Positions 36,505 to 49,013 of a stretch of 64,000 bases of DNA are shown one piece after another (position 1 is the stretch's first letter; each line of letters opens with the position of its first letter). Origin of the DNA: Podarcis muralis. Lineage: Eukaryota. The stretch is from the NCBI RefSeq assembly GCF_964188315.1, contig NC_135664.1, forward strand, positions 59,830,001 through 59,894,000, given 5' to 3'. Both the position numbers and the translations under genes were made by a program. The notes beneath the pieces were generated by a model. The model did no database searches. It saw only the letters and a list, made by a program, of their open reading frames with translations, and was not told the origin of the DNA.

Positions 36505-36575
36505 CTGCTCTGGTTATTACGTCTCAAAAAGGATAGCGTAGAACTGGAAAAGGTGCAGAATAGGGCCGCCAACAA
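36505..36575 (+). mobile_element. short CR1 LINE ORF2 fragment
   Basis: WLLRLKKDSVELEKVQNRAA resembles the CR1 motif WSPHLKKDI.ELEKVQKRAT. Confidence 0.65.
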
Positions 36576-37161
36576 TTTGCTGTTGGCGTGAACCGTGAAG
36601 CAAAATCAAATTCCAATGAAGTAAGAAAAAATTAATGACTTTATTTTATTTTTATTTTTTTTAGTTACGTTGGTGACCTGAGGTGCTAAACTCTCAACAC
36701 CAACAAAGCAAGTGTGCATAAGAACGTACAGAATGAAATGCAACCAAATATAGGAAGTAAAACAGGGGTTGGGATGTTTTAGACATGAAAACAGGTACGG
36801 TACACAATTTCCTGTTACACTGCACACACGCCAACAATAAAACAGTCTGAATATCAGAGTTCCCACCTGTCCCAAGGGGAAGATACCACAGTTCCTTGGG
36901 ACAGGGTTGTTTCACATACATACTTCTTTATATATATATATATGTATAAAATTAAATTACTGCAATGCCATCAAAACATGACATCCCTTCCTCCAATAGC
37001 TTTAGTGACATTCTCATCTACCTTCCTTGCTTATGAAGCTCCACTGCTAGTGCTCTCGAAGGCAGCAATTCTTTGGAAGCCTTCTGTCCTCTTATCATGC
37101 ATCGAGAGAGAAATACCCTCCTCTACCTCTTCATATCAAACAGACTGTTTCGTGGTACATT

Positions 37162-37167
37162 TTTATT
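37162..37167 (-). terminator. candidate polyadenylation signal of MICAL3
   Basis: Minus strand reads tgattgtttgcAATAAAaatgtaccacgaaacagtctgtttg. Other AATAAA hexamers exist nearby (e.g. about 38503), so this one is not unique. Confidence 0.5.
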
Positions 37168-38106
37168 GCAAACAATCACAGCATTTTCTTTTTTAAACAT
37201 GAGGTTGGAAAACTAATACACCACTTTCGTCTCAGGGCCCAAATGTAAACATTCTGTTAAATACATTTTCTTAAAACCTTGCGGGGAGGGTATCAACTTT
37301 TTTTTTTTTTTTGGCCGTAAAAAGAATTTGTGCTACTGGGGCATGCAACTCTGGATATATTTGTTGATGCTCTAAAATGCCTTTGACCTGGATGTATTTT
37401 AAAAAACAGATTAAAAACCCAGAGGATGCAGCAGGTGTGCTTGTTACTTCTGCATTAGCACCGTGTCATAAAAGGAGGGCCAGACACTGCATTTAAAGAA
37501 ACCTCTTGACTGACAGCAGGATCAAGCACAATCAACACAACATATTACAGGAAATGTTAAGAGTGGAAGAGGAAATATGATTAATGCTGCTGGTGCTGTC
37601 ATGGGCTCTAAAACCCCTCTCCTCTCTCTGCAGTTCAAGTGACAAGGGAGTCTTAGCTGCCCAAAAGAAGTCTGGGCTAACTAGAGGCAGAGCTACACAG
37701 CTGCACTGGAGCTGGGAAGGACTTTCCCTTCCACTTTCTCAGACAGACTGTTCTACTCTCATTCCACATGCAGCTATAGGCAGCTTAGGAAAAAGCTTAG
37801 CGCGTCAACGTTTTCCTACAGTGAAAAAATTCAAAGAACAGATAGAAGTGAGTTCAATTACGACCACTTTACAGAACAATCCATTTTCTCAGTTCCATTA
37901 TAAATTGCACCAGGCACAGCAGAAATAGTTAAAGCAAACTCCGATTTGCCTCTTTCATGTGGCTAGACACCAAATTTTAACAAATGAATTCTAGCTCCAT
38001 CCTAAACGAAGGGGAGTTTAACTTTCATTTTGCCATACACTCCCCTGCTGGTCTCTATGGATGTCAAAGATGCTGTCTGAGACAACTGAAGTTATATGTT
38101 CTTTTT

Positions 38107-38225
38107 CTTCCTCAATTAGGGGTGGCTAACATTTTTACTCCCGTTGGACTCCCATCAGCCCCATCCAGCATGCTCAATAGTCAGGGATTATGAGAATTGT
38201 AGTCCAGTAATATTAGAAAAACCAG
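38107..38225. mobile_element. decayed hAT MITE in MICAL3 3'UTR
   Basis: ttaggggtggctaac...ggactcccatcagcccc...agggattatgagaattgtagtcc. Confidence 0.55.
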
Positions 38226-40535
38226 AGATTAGTCCCCTCCGTTTTGAAAGCTACAAATAAACACCAGTCCTAGTGAACCCCCCCCCCCCACAAGTCTCAT
38301 GAACCATGAACACACGAGTGCTGCTTGTTCTGGGACTATATGTGGTATGAATTCTGCCAGTGTAGCATCACAATCTTTCAATATCTTAATATTCAACAAA
38401 TGCCAGGCATGGTACCCTTTTGGCATAAAATCTTCTGACGCTACATTTCAACACATGCTGTTGCTTCAACAGCTTTCTGTTCAGCGTCATCAGTACTGAC
38501 ATTTTATTAAACAAGGAAGTAGATGGGTGTTTTAAAACCTTTCCCCATTTTTTCTTTCTAGTCTTTCCTGTTTTGAAAACACAGCATTTCCTGTTTTGAA
38601 ACCTAGAGATAAGATGGTGGCTGCTTTAAAGGACATGCCTTTTTCTTGGGATGACTGCTTCCCTAAAAAAAAGTTAATTAAAAAAATATTCTGCACTTTG
38701 TTAGAAGACTAGAACTACAGCATTCTTTCTTTAAACTAAGCCCAACTGGAGCTAAAAAATGCGAATGGAAAATTCTGTTTGTGGCAGGTCGGCACTTTTG
38801 AGAAAGTTATTGTGAAAGACATGGTGTGCTTATGGAACCTCTCAGCTGGTTATAGACAAGAGTCTATTCTGTGTTATTTCTTATTTGCTACTGTACTGTA
38901 AGACCTTTTTCTGAGCCAACTGAATGAAGGCCTAGGACAAAACCAGTGGGGCTTGTGCTAATCCTTCCCTTGGGAGGCAGATTTTTACAGAGCCAGCATG
39001 TGTGGGTTTTTTTAAATATATGGGGTAAAGTGGCAATGCCACAATTATAATTACAAAAACCTTAAACAGCAGTAGTTAAAATAAGCACAGGTTTGCCATT
39101 CAGGAACAGAGGGTATGGAGTGCAGGAGCAAAGTCTGCCATCACCACTCAGCTTTGTGAGCTCTCTTCGTGAGGATGCAGCTTAATTGAGAAGACACCTT
39201 ACCTGGGAACCCTGCCTGCATATTTCCTAGGGTTGCCCCTCAACGTGGTGCAGGGACAAGTCCAAAGTACATAAAAGCATCTCCTCTCCACATCAAAAGT
39301 AGCGTGTAACTGTGACAGCATTAATAGAACTCTAATAAATAGGTACAGGGAAAGGGAGAACAGCAAATTAAAAATAAGAACAACAAAAGAAAAAGGTTGG
39401 GGAATGCAGCAGGCACACAGATTCACCACTCAAACATTTGCTCACTTCTTAAAAAGGTATAAAACCCAAATCTTTCAAGTATTAAAAAATAAGTTAATAG
39501 ACATTAAAGGGTCTAAAGTGACTAAAGGGCCCGGGTAGGTCTTTTGCTTCATTTCCAACGTGCAAAAAATAACAAAGATATATATCTATAGATATAGATA
39601 TATACGCAAAAAACAAAAACCCATTGAGAGTCCATTCTTGGGGGATTCGAAGCAAGGGGTTTCATCCAAGCGTTCCCGCAAACTGCTTCATAAGTAACCC
39701 ATTTTCAAAATCAGCACTTTCCAGTGTCAAAATTGTCACAAGGTTCACAACAGAGCAGTCTACTGTCAATGGAGACAGAAAAACTGTGACTTTCAGTCCA
39801 GAGCACTGCATGGCAGAAAGGGGGTGGCTTACACACTCTTCCCCTCTTAGAACAATGGCAACTTGTGGAGGCTGCAGCAAAGAGAGCTAGTCCACTGGAG
39901 CCTGTATCTTCTGTAGAAACCACACAGGGCAAGTATTTCATGTCAGCCAGCCTTCCAAGTCTCCAGTCCTCTCTGAATTCAGGGTTCCTCCATACCCAGA
40001 CAATAATGGCAGCTTCAGGCTTCTTTGGTGAGGAGAACCTTAAACATACACACAGTGTGCTCTGGGGTACAGAGTGGTTTGCTCTCCTGTGGGCTGCTGC
40101 AGGGTGATGCTTCAGAAGAGAGTAGCCACTTCTCGCCTTTGTATTTCAAAACAAAAACAAGAACACAACCAGCGAAGTAAATATGAAACGGACAAGCTAC
40201 GGCCCACCTGAATTGGTTAAAGTTGTGGTGTATTTTTTTTTTTTTAAATAAAATGTTTTCATCTCATTTTTTAGCCTCTCTCAGAGATCGCAAAAACTCA
40301 ATGGCCTCTTTGCACAGGTCCTTGAGGAAGGCACACAACCTCAGCTGACCACCTCAGGCTTGGGGTTTGCAGGCCTCAGCACTTTTCGATCCGACCCCCT
40401 CTCAGGAAGAAGCACTCAGGCGCTGCAAGAACCTTCAAGAGGTTTCTATGCCAAGGTATCCATCCAGGCAGCTCCAGCCAACTTGGCACATGCCAACTGG
40501 ACAACGCAGATCGGCAGACGAGTGCGCTGCTAAGC

Positions 40536-40720
40536 TCAGGACCAGTTTAAGTTGAATCCCTTGGACAGCATGACTGCCTCTAGGTCCTTGTCTTCTTCCT
40601 TCTCCCGGAGTCGCTGCTCTTCGAGGAGGGCCACAAGAGAATCTCTCTGTTCCACCACCTCTAGCATTTCATTCAGGATCCTTTTCTCTTCTGACAACTC
40701 TTCATCTGTCTTTAGGTGAT
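40536..40720 (-). CDS. MICAL3: MICAL3 last coding exon (bMERB helix 3)
   Basis: ccctttctttcctag| acceptor. (D)HLKTDEELSEEKRILNEMLEVVEQRDSLVALLEEQRLREKEEDKDLEAVMLSKGFNLNWS*, matching the recalled MICAL3 C-terminus. Confidence 0.97.
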
Positions 40721-40813
40721 CTAGGAAAGAAAGGGACAAGCAGTCTTGTCAAACTAGCCAAGGAAGTAGCAGGGGCTTTCTACTGGGAACCAGAGTACAT
40801 CGATGAGACTTAC

Positions 40814-40887
40814 CTTCCACTGCCATCCTCTCCCGAAGTTCTTGCTGTAGTCGGCTTTGCCTGTCCTCCAGCTCCAACTCCCGAGCG
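40814..40887 (-). CDS. MICAL3: MICAL3 exon, 74 nt, phase 2/1
   Basis: ttcttctctccttgcag| ... |GTAAGT; ARELELEDRQSRLQQELRERMAVE. Confidence 0.97.
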
Positions 40888-41485
40888 CTGCAAGGAGAGA
40901 AGAATAGACAAATGTCTGGTTTGGGTTGTTTCAGCAGCAGTCTAAGCTACTGGCTTAAAAATCTAACATGCTCAGGTAGTAAAGTGTTCCCTTTCAGTAC
41001 TGATTGTAAGGCAACCCTTCAGTTGTACTAAGAACCTTGTTCAGAACAACCTCCCTTGGTTAACATACATGTCGGTTTTTCTCCTAAACCCACGTTGCAG
41101 AATGGTCAGAAAGGCAGATGAGAAAATAACAGGAAAATGCCAAGTCACTCCATCTGCCCCCTACTGCCCACTGCACATCAGGGCTGAGCTGCAAGGGACA
41201 AGATCTTCTTTCTTACATTGACCTTATTTGGAATCATGAATGAGAAGGAAATGCTAAGAGAACCAGGTCTCAGCAGCAGATCACTTCATCAGTTTTATAA
41301 AATTTTATTTTACTTGGGGCACCTATGGGTCTCCAGAGCAACAGGATTCCCATCTGTACATTGTCATCACATCAAAGGTGAAGACAGAAACAGGTTCCAT
41401 AACGTATCTCTGCCTGGGGACAGTTGCCTCGTCTTTCCCCTTCTCTGCGTGGACCAAGCATGCAGAAATTCCTCTCCTTACTCAC

Positions 41486-41585
41486 AATATCATGAGCTCC
41501 GACTCATAGCGCACTAAGGCATTCTTCTCTTGCACCAGCTTGAACCACTCCTGCATCAGCTTGGGGTCGTCCTTCTTCCCCATGC
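41486..41585 (-). CDS. MICAL3: MICAL3 exon, 100 nt, phase 1/2
   Basis: ctgttctcttggcag| ... |GTGAGT; (G)[32 protein letters not shown](F). Confidence 0.97.
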
Positions 41586-42410
41586 CTGCCAAGAGAACAG
41601 TTTAGGTCAGCTTGGAGAAAGATTCCCGCCATTTCCATAAATCCAGCAGGCAGGCAGGCAGGAACAAAAATGGGAGTGGGGCAAAATGTGCAAAGAAAGC
41701 TGAGCTAGATGCTGCCAGAGCACTCTTGTCAGATCTGCTTGTTTGTCTATGGCACACAGGAAGGAGGGTCCCCTCCAGTAAAATAAACAAAAAACCCCCA
41801 CTGGATCCATGTGCCCTGAATCTACCTTCCCCATCACATCTCCCGCCAAAATAATAGCCATAATTACAGTCACTTTTCAGTATTTTTCTTCTGTTGTCCT
41901 TTTCAATTTGGACACTTTCAAACATAGCTCTGACACTTTCCAACACTTTCCAACAAAGCCTACCTGTTTCAAGCCATGTTTTCTCACTCACACCTTAATC
42001 AACACCCATTTGTCCACTTTACATATAACTATAGAGCAATTAGGGAACAGTTCCTTGATGGGCTGTTTCAGAGTTGATTCTGGCTCCTACCAGTTTTGTA
42101 GTCTTATCTGCTGTGCTCTCCCCTTTTCAAGCCACCTGCATTAACTTAATGACTGAAAGCAACCAGTTCCTGACCACTGCTATCAATAATTTCCCTTCCT
42201 CTTGGCTTTATCAGTCACACCAGGCAGATCTGCCTCAATGTGTCTGCTAGAGATCCCTCACTTAAACAAAAAACACGTATTGTGTGGCATAAATACAGGT
42301 TCAATCAGTTGCAGTTCACCAGCTCAAGACCACTAGTGCATGGTAGAAAAGCACAAGAAGAAAATCTGCTCACATAAAAAGGAAGAGGAAGCATGGTACC
42401 TTCCCAGGTA

Positions 42411-42643
42411 TAGTCATACCTCGGGTTGTGAACGTGATCTGTGCGGGAGGCACGTTTGCAGCCCACAATGCCGCATCTGCGCACACATGTAAAGCAATTC
42501 AGCGCTTCTGCGCATGGGATCATTTTGCGCTTCTGTGCATGCACCGAAACCTGGAAGTAACCCGCTCCACTACTTCTGGGTTCGGCATGGTCCGCAACCC
42601 GAAAACACGCAACCTGCAGCGTTCACAACCTGAGGTATGACTG
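42411..42643. mobile_element. Tc1/mariner (Tigger-like) MITE
   Basis: TA-tagtcatacctcgggttgtgaacg ... cgttcacaacctgaggtatgactg-TA. Confidence 0.88.
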
Positions 42644-44493
42644 TATTTCAATAAAAGCTTAATCAATGAAAACCAAGCTAGTAGACCCAGTAGCAAAGCC
42701 TGATATGAAATAAACAGCATAGCCATTTTATGTTATTTTAGAGAGCTACAGCCACAACCCATATCTAGTAATGAAATATGCAGCTCTTTATGGGTAGCTG
42801 TTTGGATTCAGATCCTAAAAATCAGTTTGGAAGCAAGTGAATCCCTGGTTATGTGCTCCTGATGATCAGGGTCTTGGCCTAACCACTGAAGGCCCAGAGG
42901 GATTCCAGCTGTTTCCTGCACCTATCAGATTTCACCATCCTATCAGAGGTGTCAGTAGTTTAGGAAACTGGTATATGGAAAGAACACAGTCAAGTTGCAG
43001 ACAGGGTTAACTCCTGTTTCTCATCCATACCATAGATGAGTTCTCATCTCATATAAAACTAATGGGGACATCTATTCTAAGGAAAATATGATGCAAAATT
43101 TGTGCCTACTTATGTGCAAATGGCAAAATATTTGTATTAGACACTATTCTCATTATTCCAAAATGCAGACTCTTCTTATGGGGTTATGGAAGCCCAAGGG
43201 AGACACTCTAGAATGGGGATGGTCAGCTACCAAGTCAGATCCAGCTACCAAAGCATTATTATCTGTTCCTGGTAGTGCTTGTCAGTATTGAATGACACTG
43301 ACTAATGCGTGATTTGTAACTGAGGATGCCTTTATGCAGCAAGACATTATTTCCCATCACGGTCAAGAAAACGAAATGGTCCAGAGCTTCTTGGTGGCCC
43401 TGTTCCTACCACTTATTCTCAGGTAACGAGAATTCTCCTCCTCTTCCAAAACCACCAACACAGCTCCAGAACACAAGAAGCAAACATACACAGTACGGAA
43501 ATCTCACCCTAGCCAATCATGGCTGTGGATGGCTATACCTATCCATTGCTTGGTCCCAATTAAGCCTCTCTGAGCATCTCTGCACAAGGTGCCCTCATAG
43601 CCATGGTGGAAAGAGAGAAGAAGCTTACACATGCAGATGCCCAGTGCATTGGAGCCATGAGAAGCACTGGGGAATCTCCCCACCCTTTCCACTGTGAGGA
43701 TAATCAGAAAAGAAACTTCTGCACAAAGCAGCCAAATACATGTCAACACTGACCTATGGAAACTTTTGTTCATTTGTAGGATGTAGATTTTTTTATTATT
43801 ATTATTTTTAGACAGCCAATGAGCAGAGGGAGAGGCAGGGGTGGGGAGGAAAGATGAACAACTGATGAAAGCACACCATGAAAAGCAGAGAGAGTGGTTA
43901 GCCGAAGTTATACATGGCGGTCACATTCCACCCCTTTTCCCCCATGCCTTGGGAAATGGAAACACTTCAGTGGTAATCTGGTTCCACTTGGGATAAAGAA
44001 GATGCTTAGCAAGATACGGACTGCAGGAGACCAGTCTAGATTATGGCAGATCAGGAGGGTGCCTTTTCAAAGTCAAGGGTTGTTGGGAAAACCAGTCATT
44101 ACAAAAGACAGTATGCCTTTAACCCATGTGTATTATTTTTTTTTAAAGGAAGTAGACTCACACCCCACTCCCCTGCAAGATCATCCAACACGCCAAACAG
44201 AACCCTTAAGGCATGAAACTGATGCCACTACAGTCATTTCTGATCAATTGCGCCAATAAACTTCAAGACTATCCTTATCCCCACAATGCACAGCTGAAAA
44301 AAGGATACTGTACCTTTACGATCCTGCCAGACACACTTCATAACAAGGTTGTTATAGAGGGTTTCTTTGAGATTGAAGGAAAGAAAAGTTTGGCAGTGAG
44401 CCACTTGATATTGTTGCTAGCTCACTAGTGTCTCTACACCAATCCAATGGCGGTTTGGGAACGGAATGGAGGGAATGCAAGAAATTACATTAC

Positions 44494-44559
44494 CTTCATG
44501 GGCACAGCAAGGGCAGAAGGAGAGAGGTCTACGGCGTGGTGTCCCGGCATTGGGCTCAA
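44494..44559 (-). CDS. MICAL3: MICAL3 small symmetric cassette exon, 66 nt, phase 1/1
   Basis: AAG acceptor after a 208-nt AG-free pyrimidine tract; GTAATG donor; (V)EPNAGTPRRRPLSFCPCCAHE(G). Resembles a peptide recalled from vertebrate MICAL3 isoforms (not verified); CpGs retained. Confidence 0.85.
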
Positions 44560-44574
44560 CTTCAATAGAACCAA

Positions 44575-44769
44575 AGATGGGAGAGGAAGAAAGGAAGGGA
44601 AGAGGAAGTTGGAAGTGGAGAGGAAGAGAGGAGGAGAAACAGGGTGAAAATAAACAGACAAGCAAAAGGACAAAAAAGCACAAGAGTGAGAAAGAAAGGA
44701 AACAACAAGAAGAAGTAGAAAAGAAAATAATAATACAAGAAATGGAGAAGCAGAAACAAGGGGAACAGT
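44575..44769. repeat. purine-rich low-complexity tract (extended polypyrimidine tract on the MICAL3 sense strand)
   Basis: GA-rich plus strand with no CT dinucleotide between 44562 and 44769. Confidence 0.9.
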
Positions 44770-45179
44770 CTACAGATGGAACATCCTTTGTCAACACGAA
44801 TAATGGAGAAGAGCAGACTGTGGCACTGGGAGGGGAAACAGTGTGGGCCACAAAAGTTACTGGGATAATGGGGAAATGCCAACATTTGACATTTCTTGTG
44901 CTTGGTGACTTTTCACCCTCCATGTCACATGGTGCAGTTAAGAGATAAAAGCACTAAGAGGAGGGTGGACAACATTAAGTTTCTAAAAGACCAGGAGAGC
45001 AAATAGGTTTTAAAAGGCCATCTTGAAAATTAGCTTGGCACATTCCATGTGGTTTTTTTGTGACATTGTCCAAGGAAGTAGGTTGACAGTGGCAAGTATT
45101 ATGTGTTTAGTAAACAAAGGCAGATCATGGCGCAAAACAGGACCGACTGCCTATGATGGGCAAACAAACCAAGACTAAA

Positions 45180-45320
45180 CCAGGGATACAGAACCTGTTG
45201 TCCCCCTGCCCCAAAGGATTTTGGATTCTCATTCACCCCAGTCAACATGGCCAACAGTCAGGGTGATGAGAGCTGTAGTCCAGCAACTTCTGGAAAGCCA
45301 AGTGTTCCCCTATCCTGGGT
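45180..45320. mobile_element. decayed hAT MITE
   Basis: ccagggata...aacatggccaacagtcagggtgatgagagctgtagtcc...ccctatcctgg. Confidence 0.55.
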
Positions 45321-46767
45321 CTAACCAAAGCCTTGACCGGTATTTTACACGTATTCATGTATAGTTTGTATTTCTGGCCCTGCCAATATCAAGGGTAGAC
45401 AGAAAGTTGAGGACTATGCCCCACTGGTATGTTTGTTTGTTTGTTTGATTGGGGGGGAGAATTTTGAGTATGTGGCAATTAATTAGATAAAACACAGTAA
45501 ATTAACATTTCCCAAATTTCTGATAAAAGAGGTAGTTTGTATTAAAAAATAATAAAATGGGAGGAATACTTCTCAAACTTACACACTCTGATGCAGAGAA
45601 TAGCCTCTTCCTATGGGTTGGCACTTATAGGAACCATCAATTATCCAAGGAATTCCTCGGTTTGGGAATTATTGCGGTAGATTATACATAAAGAGATGAA
45701 TAATCTTATAGAATAGGGTTGAGGAACTGGGTGCTGCTGTGTACAGTGATCTATATATTACAGTGATCTATATATTACAGAAAGACCTGTGGCCCATTGA
45801 CTAATCTGTGAGTAGAATGGAAGTGAAAGAAAAATGCCACTGTGTAACAAGGAGCGACCGAATTTATAAAAAAGAGGACATTCATAACCCACTGGAATCA
45901 GATCTACACGCACATATAATGGAGAGGGAAAGCCTCAGTTCTCATTTACGAAGATAAGGTCTGGGGAGGGAACAGCTTTTAGAAGGGACCATCACAGAAC
46001 TAGAGCAGTAACACACAGGACAGACCAAAGTTAAAAGGGAGGAGGCACATCAGTTTGCAAATAGTGTGTGAATGAGCAATGTGAATCTCTCAACAGGAAG
46101 AAACATGTATACTCAGTGTGAAAAGGGTTAAAAGTACAACACATATACATGTTACATGCTGCCCATCTATACGTGAAGACTCATCTTGTTTGAAGACATT
46201 CCATAGTATCCCTAGGCCTAGACAACTTTCTTCTCTCTCCCCCCCCCTTCCAAAAAAACCAAACAACCAACAAATTGAATGCCTTAAAAGTATTTTTGTC
46301 GCTTGGGAAAGAGATCCATGAAAATCCATGTAGTGTAACAATGCACACAGGTTTTTCTTTAAAGTGGCAATGCAATGGTGCTTTGTTTTTACTTCACAGG
46401 TCTCCTTCAAGGGCTAGTCTTGGATAGATATGTATTCCATTCTTAGTATGTGTAAAAAATACAAGAATACAAGTGGGTTGCTTGGATTAAATGGTTCTAA
46501 AATGCACAGTCAAGCTGTACACCAAGGGAAATACTCTCTGAATATTCCTGCATTTGCTGAAGTTCTTCCTCAGTCATGATTAAGGTTAAGATGACCTTTA
46601 TGTTTTGCTTTGAACTGGGTGGATTCCATTGTGTATACTGGGCTGCTACTAGACCAGGCTTCTATGCAGATTCAGTGTGTATCAAGGCTATATATGGAGC
46701 TTCTACCACTTCCATGGTTGCAGCAACCTAGTTCTAGCTGCCACACTCAGTGATACAGATCCTGAAT

Positions 46768-46904
46768 GAGTGGTGGGAACCTGTGGCCCTCCAGATGATG
46801 TTGGGCTGCAATTCCCATCACTCCTGACCACTACACATGCTAGCTAGGGCTGATGGGATCTGTAATCCCACAAGATCTGGAAGGCCACAGGTTTCCCATT
46901 CCTG
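46768..46904. mobile_element. hAT MITE (23973 family)
   Basis: gggaacctgtggccctccagat ... atctggaaggccacaggtttccc inverted arms. Confidence 0.75.
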
Positions 46905-47079
46905 CCCCACATGCAGATGCCAGTTCACATAACAGTACCTCTATGCAAGCACAGACCACCTCCCAATTTTGAAGGCCATTGCATGGGATCTCACCTGAAG
47001 CTTTCCAGGTGAGATAACAGTAAATTGAGCTTGGAGGCAAAACCACTGCTAGTGCAAACCATGGTTTGACATAATATCT

Positions 47080-47700
47080 TAAGTGTCTCCATGGAGCCCC
47101 CCGACAATCCCCTCCGTCTATGGTGTAACTAAGTCAGTTGGAACCACAGGATACCCTTGCTCCCAGAGTCTGATACTGGAGTCAGCAGAGATGGGTTTCA
47201 AGAGATAAGGCAGACTGAAATATCAACTATGGAGGGTGGAGGTTCTTGGGCTTATTCCACCACATCGATAGGCAGGCCTCTTGCTACTATTGTCAATAAA
47301 CCTATATCCAATAGCTACAATGTTTTTCCCCAACAGTACCTGCAGCAGAAGCTGGACCATTAATAGAATGTCTTATCCAACTCCATGGATAATCCCCAGA
47401 GAATATTCATAGCATCCGATTAGTAAAGATGTGTTGAATAGTCCATTATGTATACAGATAATTCAATAATATAAATGGATAAATCCTTTCTCCGCATCAC
47501 TGAACTTAAAGCAAAAAAAGATCACAAAGGCTACTAGACAGAAAACATTTCTATTGCTCGTCAACAAATGCCTATATTAGCAAGTTATGTGTAGCACACA
47601 GACCGCCTGAAAGTACACTCAGAACAAAATGTCTAATAATTTATAAAAGCTCCCATTGCCAAGAGATGATGATTCACCACTGGTAACTGACTAGTGAGAG
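47080..47700 (-). mobile_element. probable old L1/Tx1 ORF2 fragment (approximate)
   Basis: Frameshifted minus-strand motifs MWWNKPKN, GSKGILWFQ and PWRHLRYYVK resemble the PIWNNP, W..KGI and Y.QLRHYI blocks. Confidence 0.35.
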
Positions 47701-48123
47701 ACTATTTAAAAGCCTGAAGCAATTTGTGAAATACATATCTTATTGAAAAACTAGACTGATCCCGATCAACTTTTTGCTAGGCCAACTAGGATCAAGCGGC
47801 AACTCAACTCACTTTGGGTTTGGTTAAGAAATGCCTTCAAGTACCATGCAGCAAGGCATCAAACTTGAACAGGATCACACCATCCTTTTTGTTCTGCTTA
47901 GGACATGAATTGAAATAGATCTTATGTAGCTCAGATACTTGCAGAGTTCCAACACAAAGAATGCATCCAGCAAAAGATAATTATTTAGTGTATGTTTCCA
48001 AAACTAGAAACAAAAATGCCCAAGCTAAATGAATCTTGGAATCCAGTTCTGTGCACGTTTGCTTGGAAGTACAGGTGCCTAAGTTCTGATGCAATGCACA
48101 GTCATCTTGCATTAACTGAACTA

Positions 48124-48357
48124 CAGTTGTATCTTGGAAGTCAAATGGAATCCGTTCCGGAAGTCTGTTCAACTTCCAAAACCAAAGTGCAGCTTCTGAT
48201 TGGCTGCAGGAGCTTCCTGCAGCCAATCAGAAGCTGCAGAAGTCCTGTCAGACATTTGGGTTCCAAAAGAACATTCGAAAAAATCACTTCCAGGTTTGCG
48301 GCATTCGGAAGCCAAAACATCTGAGTTCCAGGGTGTTCGGGATCCAAGGTACAAGTG
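48124..48357. mobile_element. Tigger-like MITE
   Basis: TA-cagttgtatcttgg ... ccaaggtacaagtg-TA; internal palindrome ttctgattggctgcagga..tcctgcagccaatcagaa. Confidence 0.88.
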
Positions 48358-48968
48358 TATTACCATTGCAAAAAAAGTTGACAGTAAGACGCATGAGACC
48401 CAAAGATGTTACTTTACTACCATAAATGTCTCCCTTTTGTTTAAGCACTAGGTACAGGTACAACTTACAGTGGATTATTGTAGGGTTCCATATGTCTGGA
48501 TTTCTTGGACACCACGTTGTTTTGGCATTTTTGTAAAAAAAAAAAAAAGGCTCCTGGTTTTTGAAATATGGTAACCCTAGATTATTGCAGCACTAAAATA
48601 ACTTTAAAACAGATAAACCCACTGTACAAATGCATGCACACATATGTGCACTGGATGCTAACACTGGATACAAACCCAAATTCCATACATTTGGCTGCAG
48701 TTAGTCTTCTGCATATGATACCGTATGTGATATATAATAAATATGAAAACCCCTTCCCCCCTTTTCACTGGATATTGATAATCAGCCTATAAGTGTGATG
48801 TATTCAAATCAGCATGCATAATGGTATCATATGATCACTTATGTTTGGCATCAGATGTTCCAAAACTCAAGAATTCACTCAAGAGTTGGAGAAGGGTGTC
48901 CTGCATTATGCATCACCAGGCAAAAAAGTCAAGTCAGGGAACTGAAGCAAGGGTGACTGCTGAACTAC

Positions 48969-48970
<2 letters not shown>

Positions 48971-49012
<42 letters not shown>
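48971..49012. repeat. (AGT)14 microsatellite
   Basis: Direct reading. Confidence 0.95.

Positions 49013-49013
<1 letters not shown>

Larger units (their letters stand above)
37140..40535 (-). other. MICAL3: MICAL3 3'UTR (about 3.4 kb; end approximate)
   Basis: From the stop codon to the minus-strand AATAAA at 37162-37167; largely low-repeat, AU-rich sequence. Confidence 0.55.

Noticed and set aside
44417-44948. 160-168-aa ORFs on both strands
   Set aside because: Artefacts of the purine/pyrimidine tract; only 44494-44559 is coding.
45819-45828. Isolated ETS-IRF composite GGAAGTGAAA in the MICAL3 intron
   Set aside because: Single 10-mer with no supporting cluster, CpG retention or nearby promoter.
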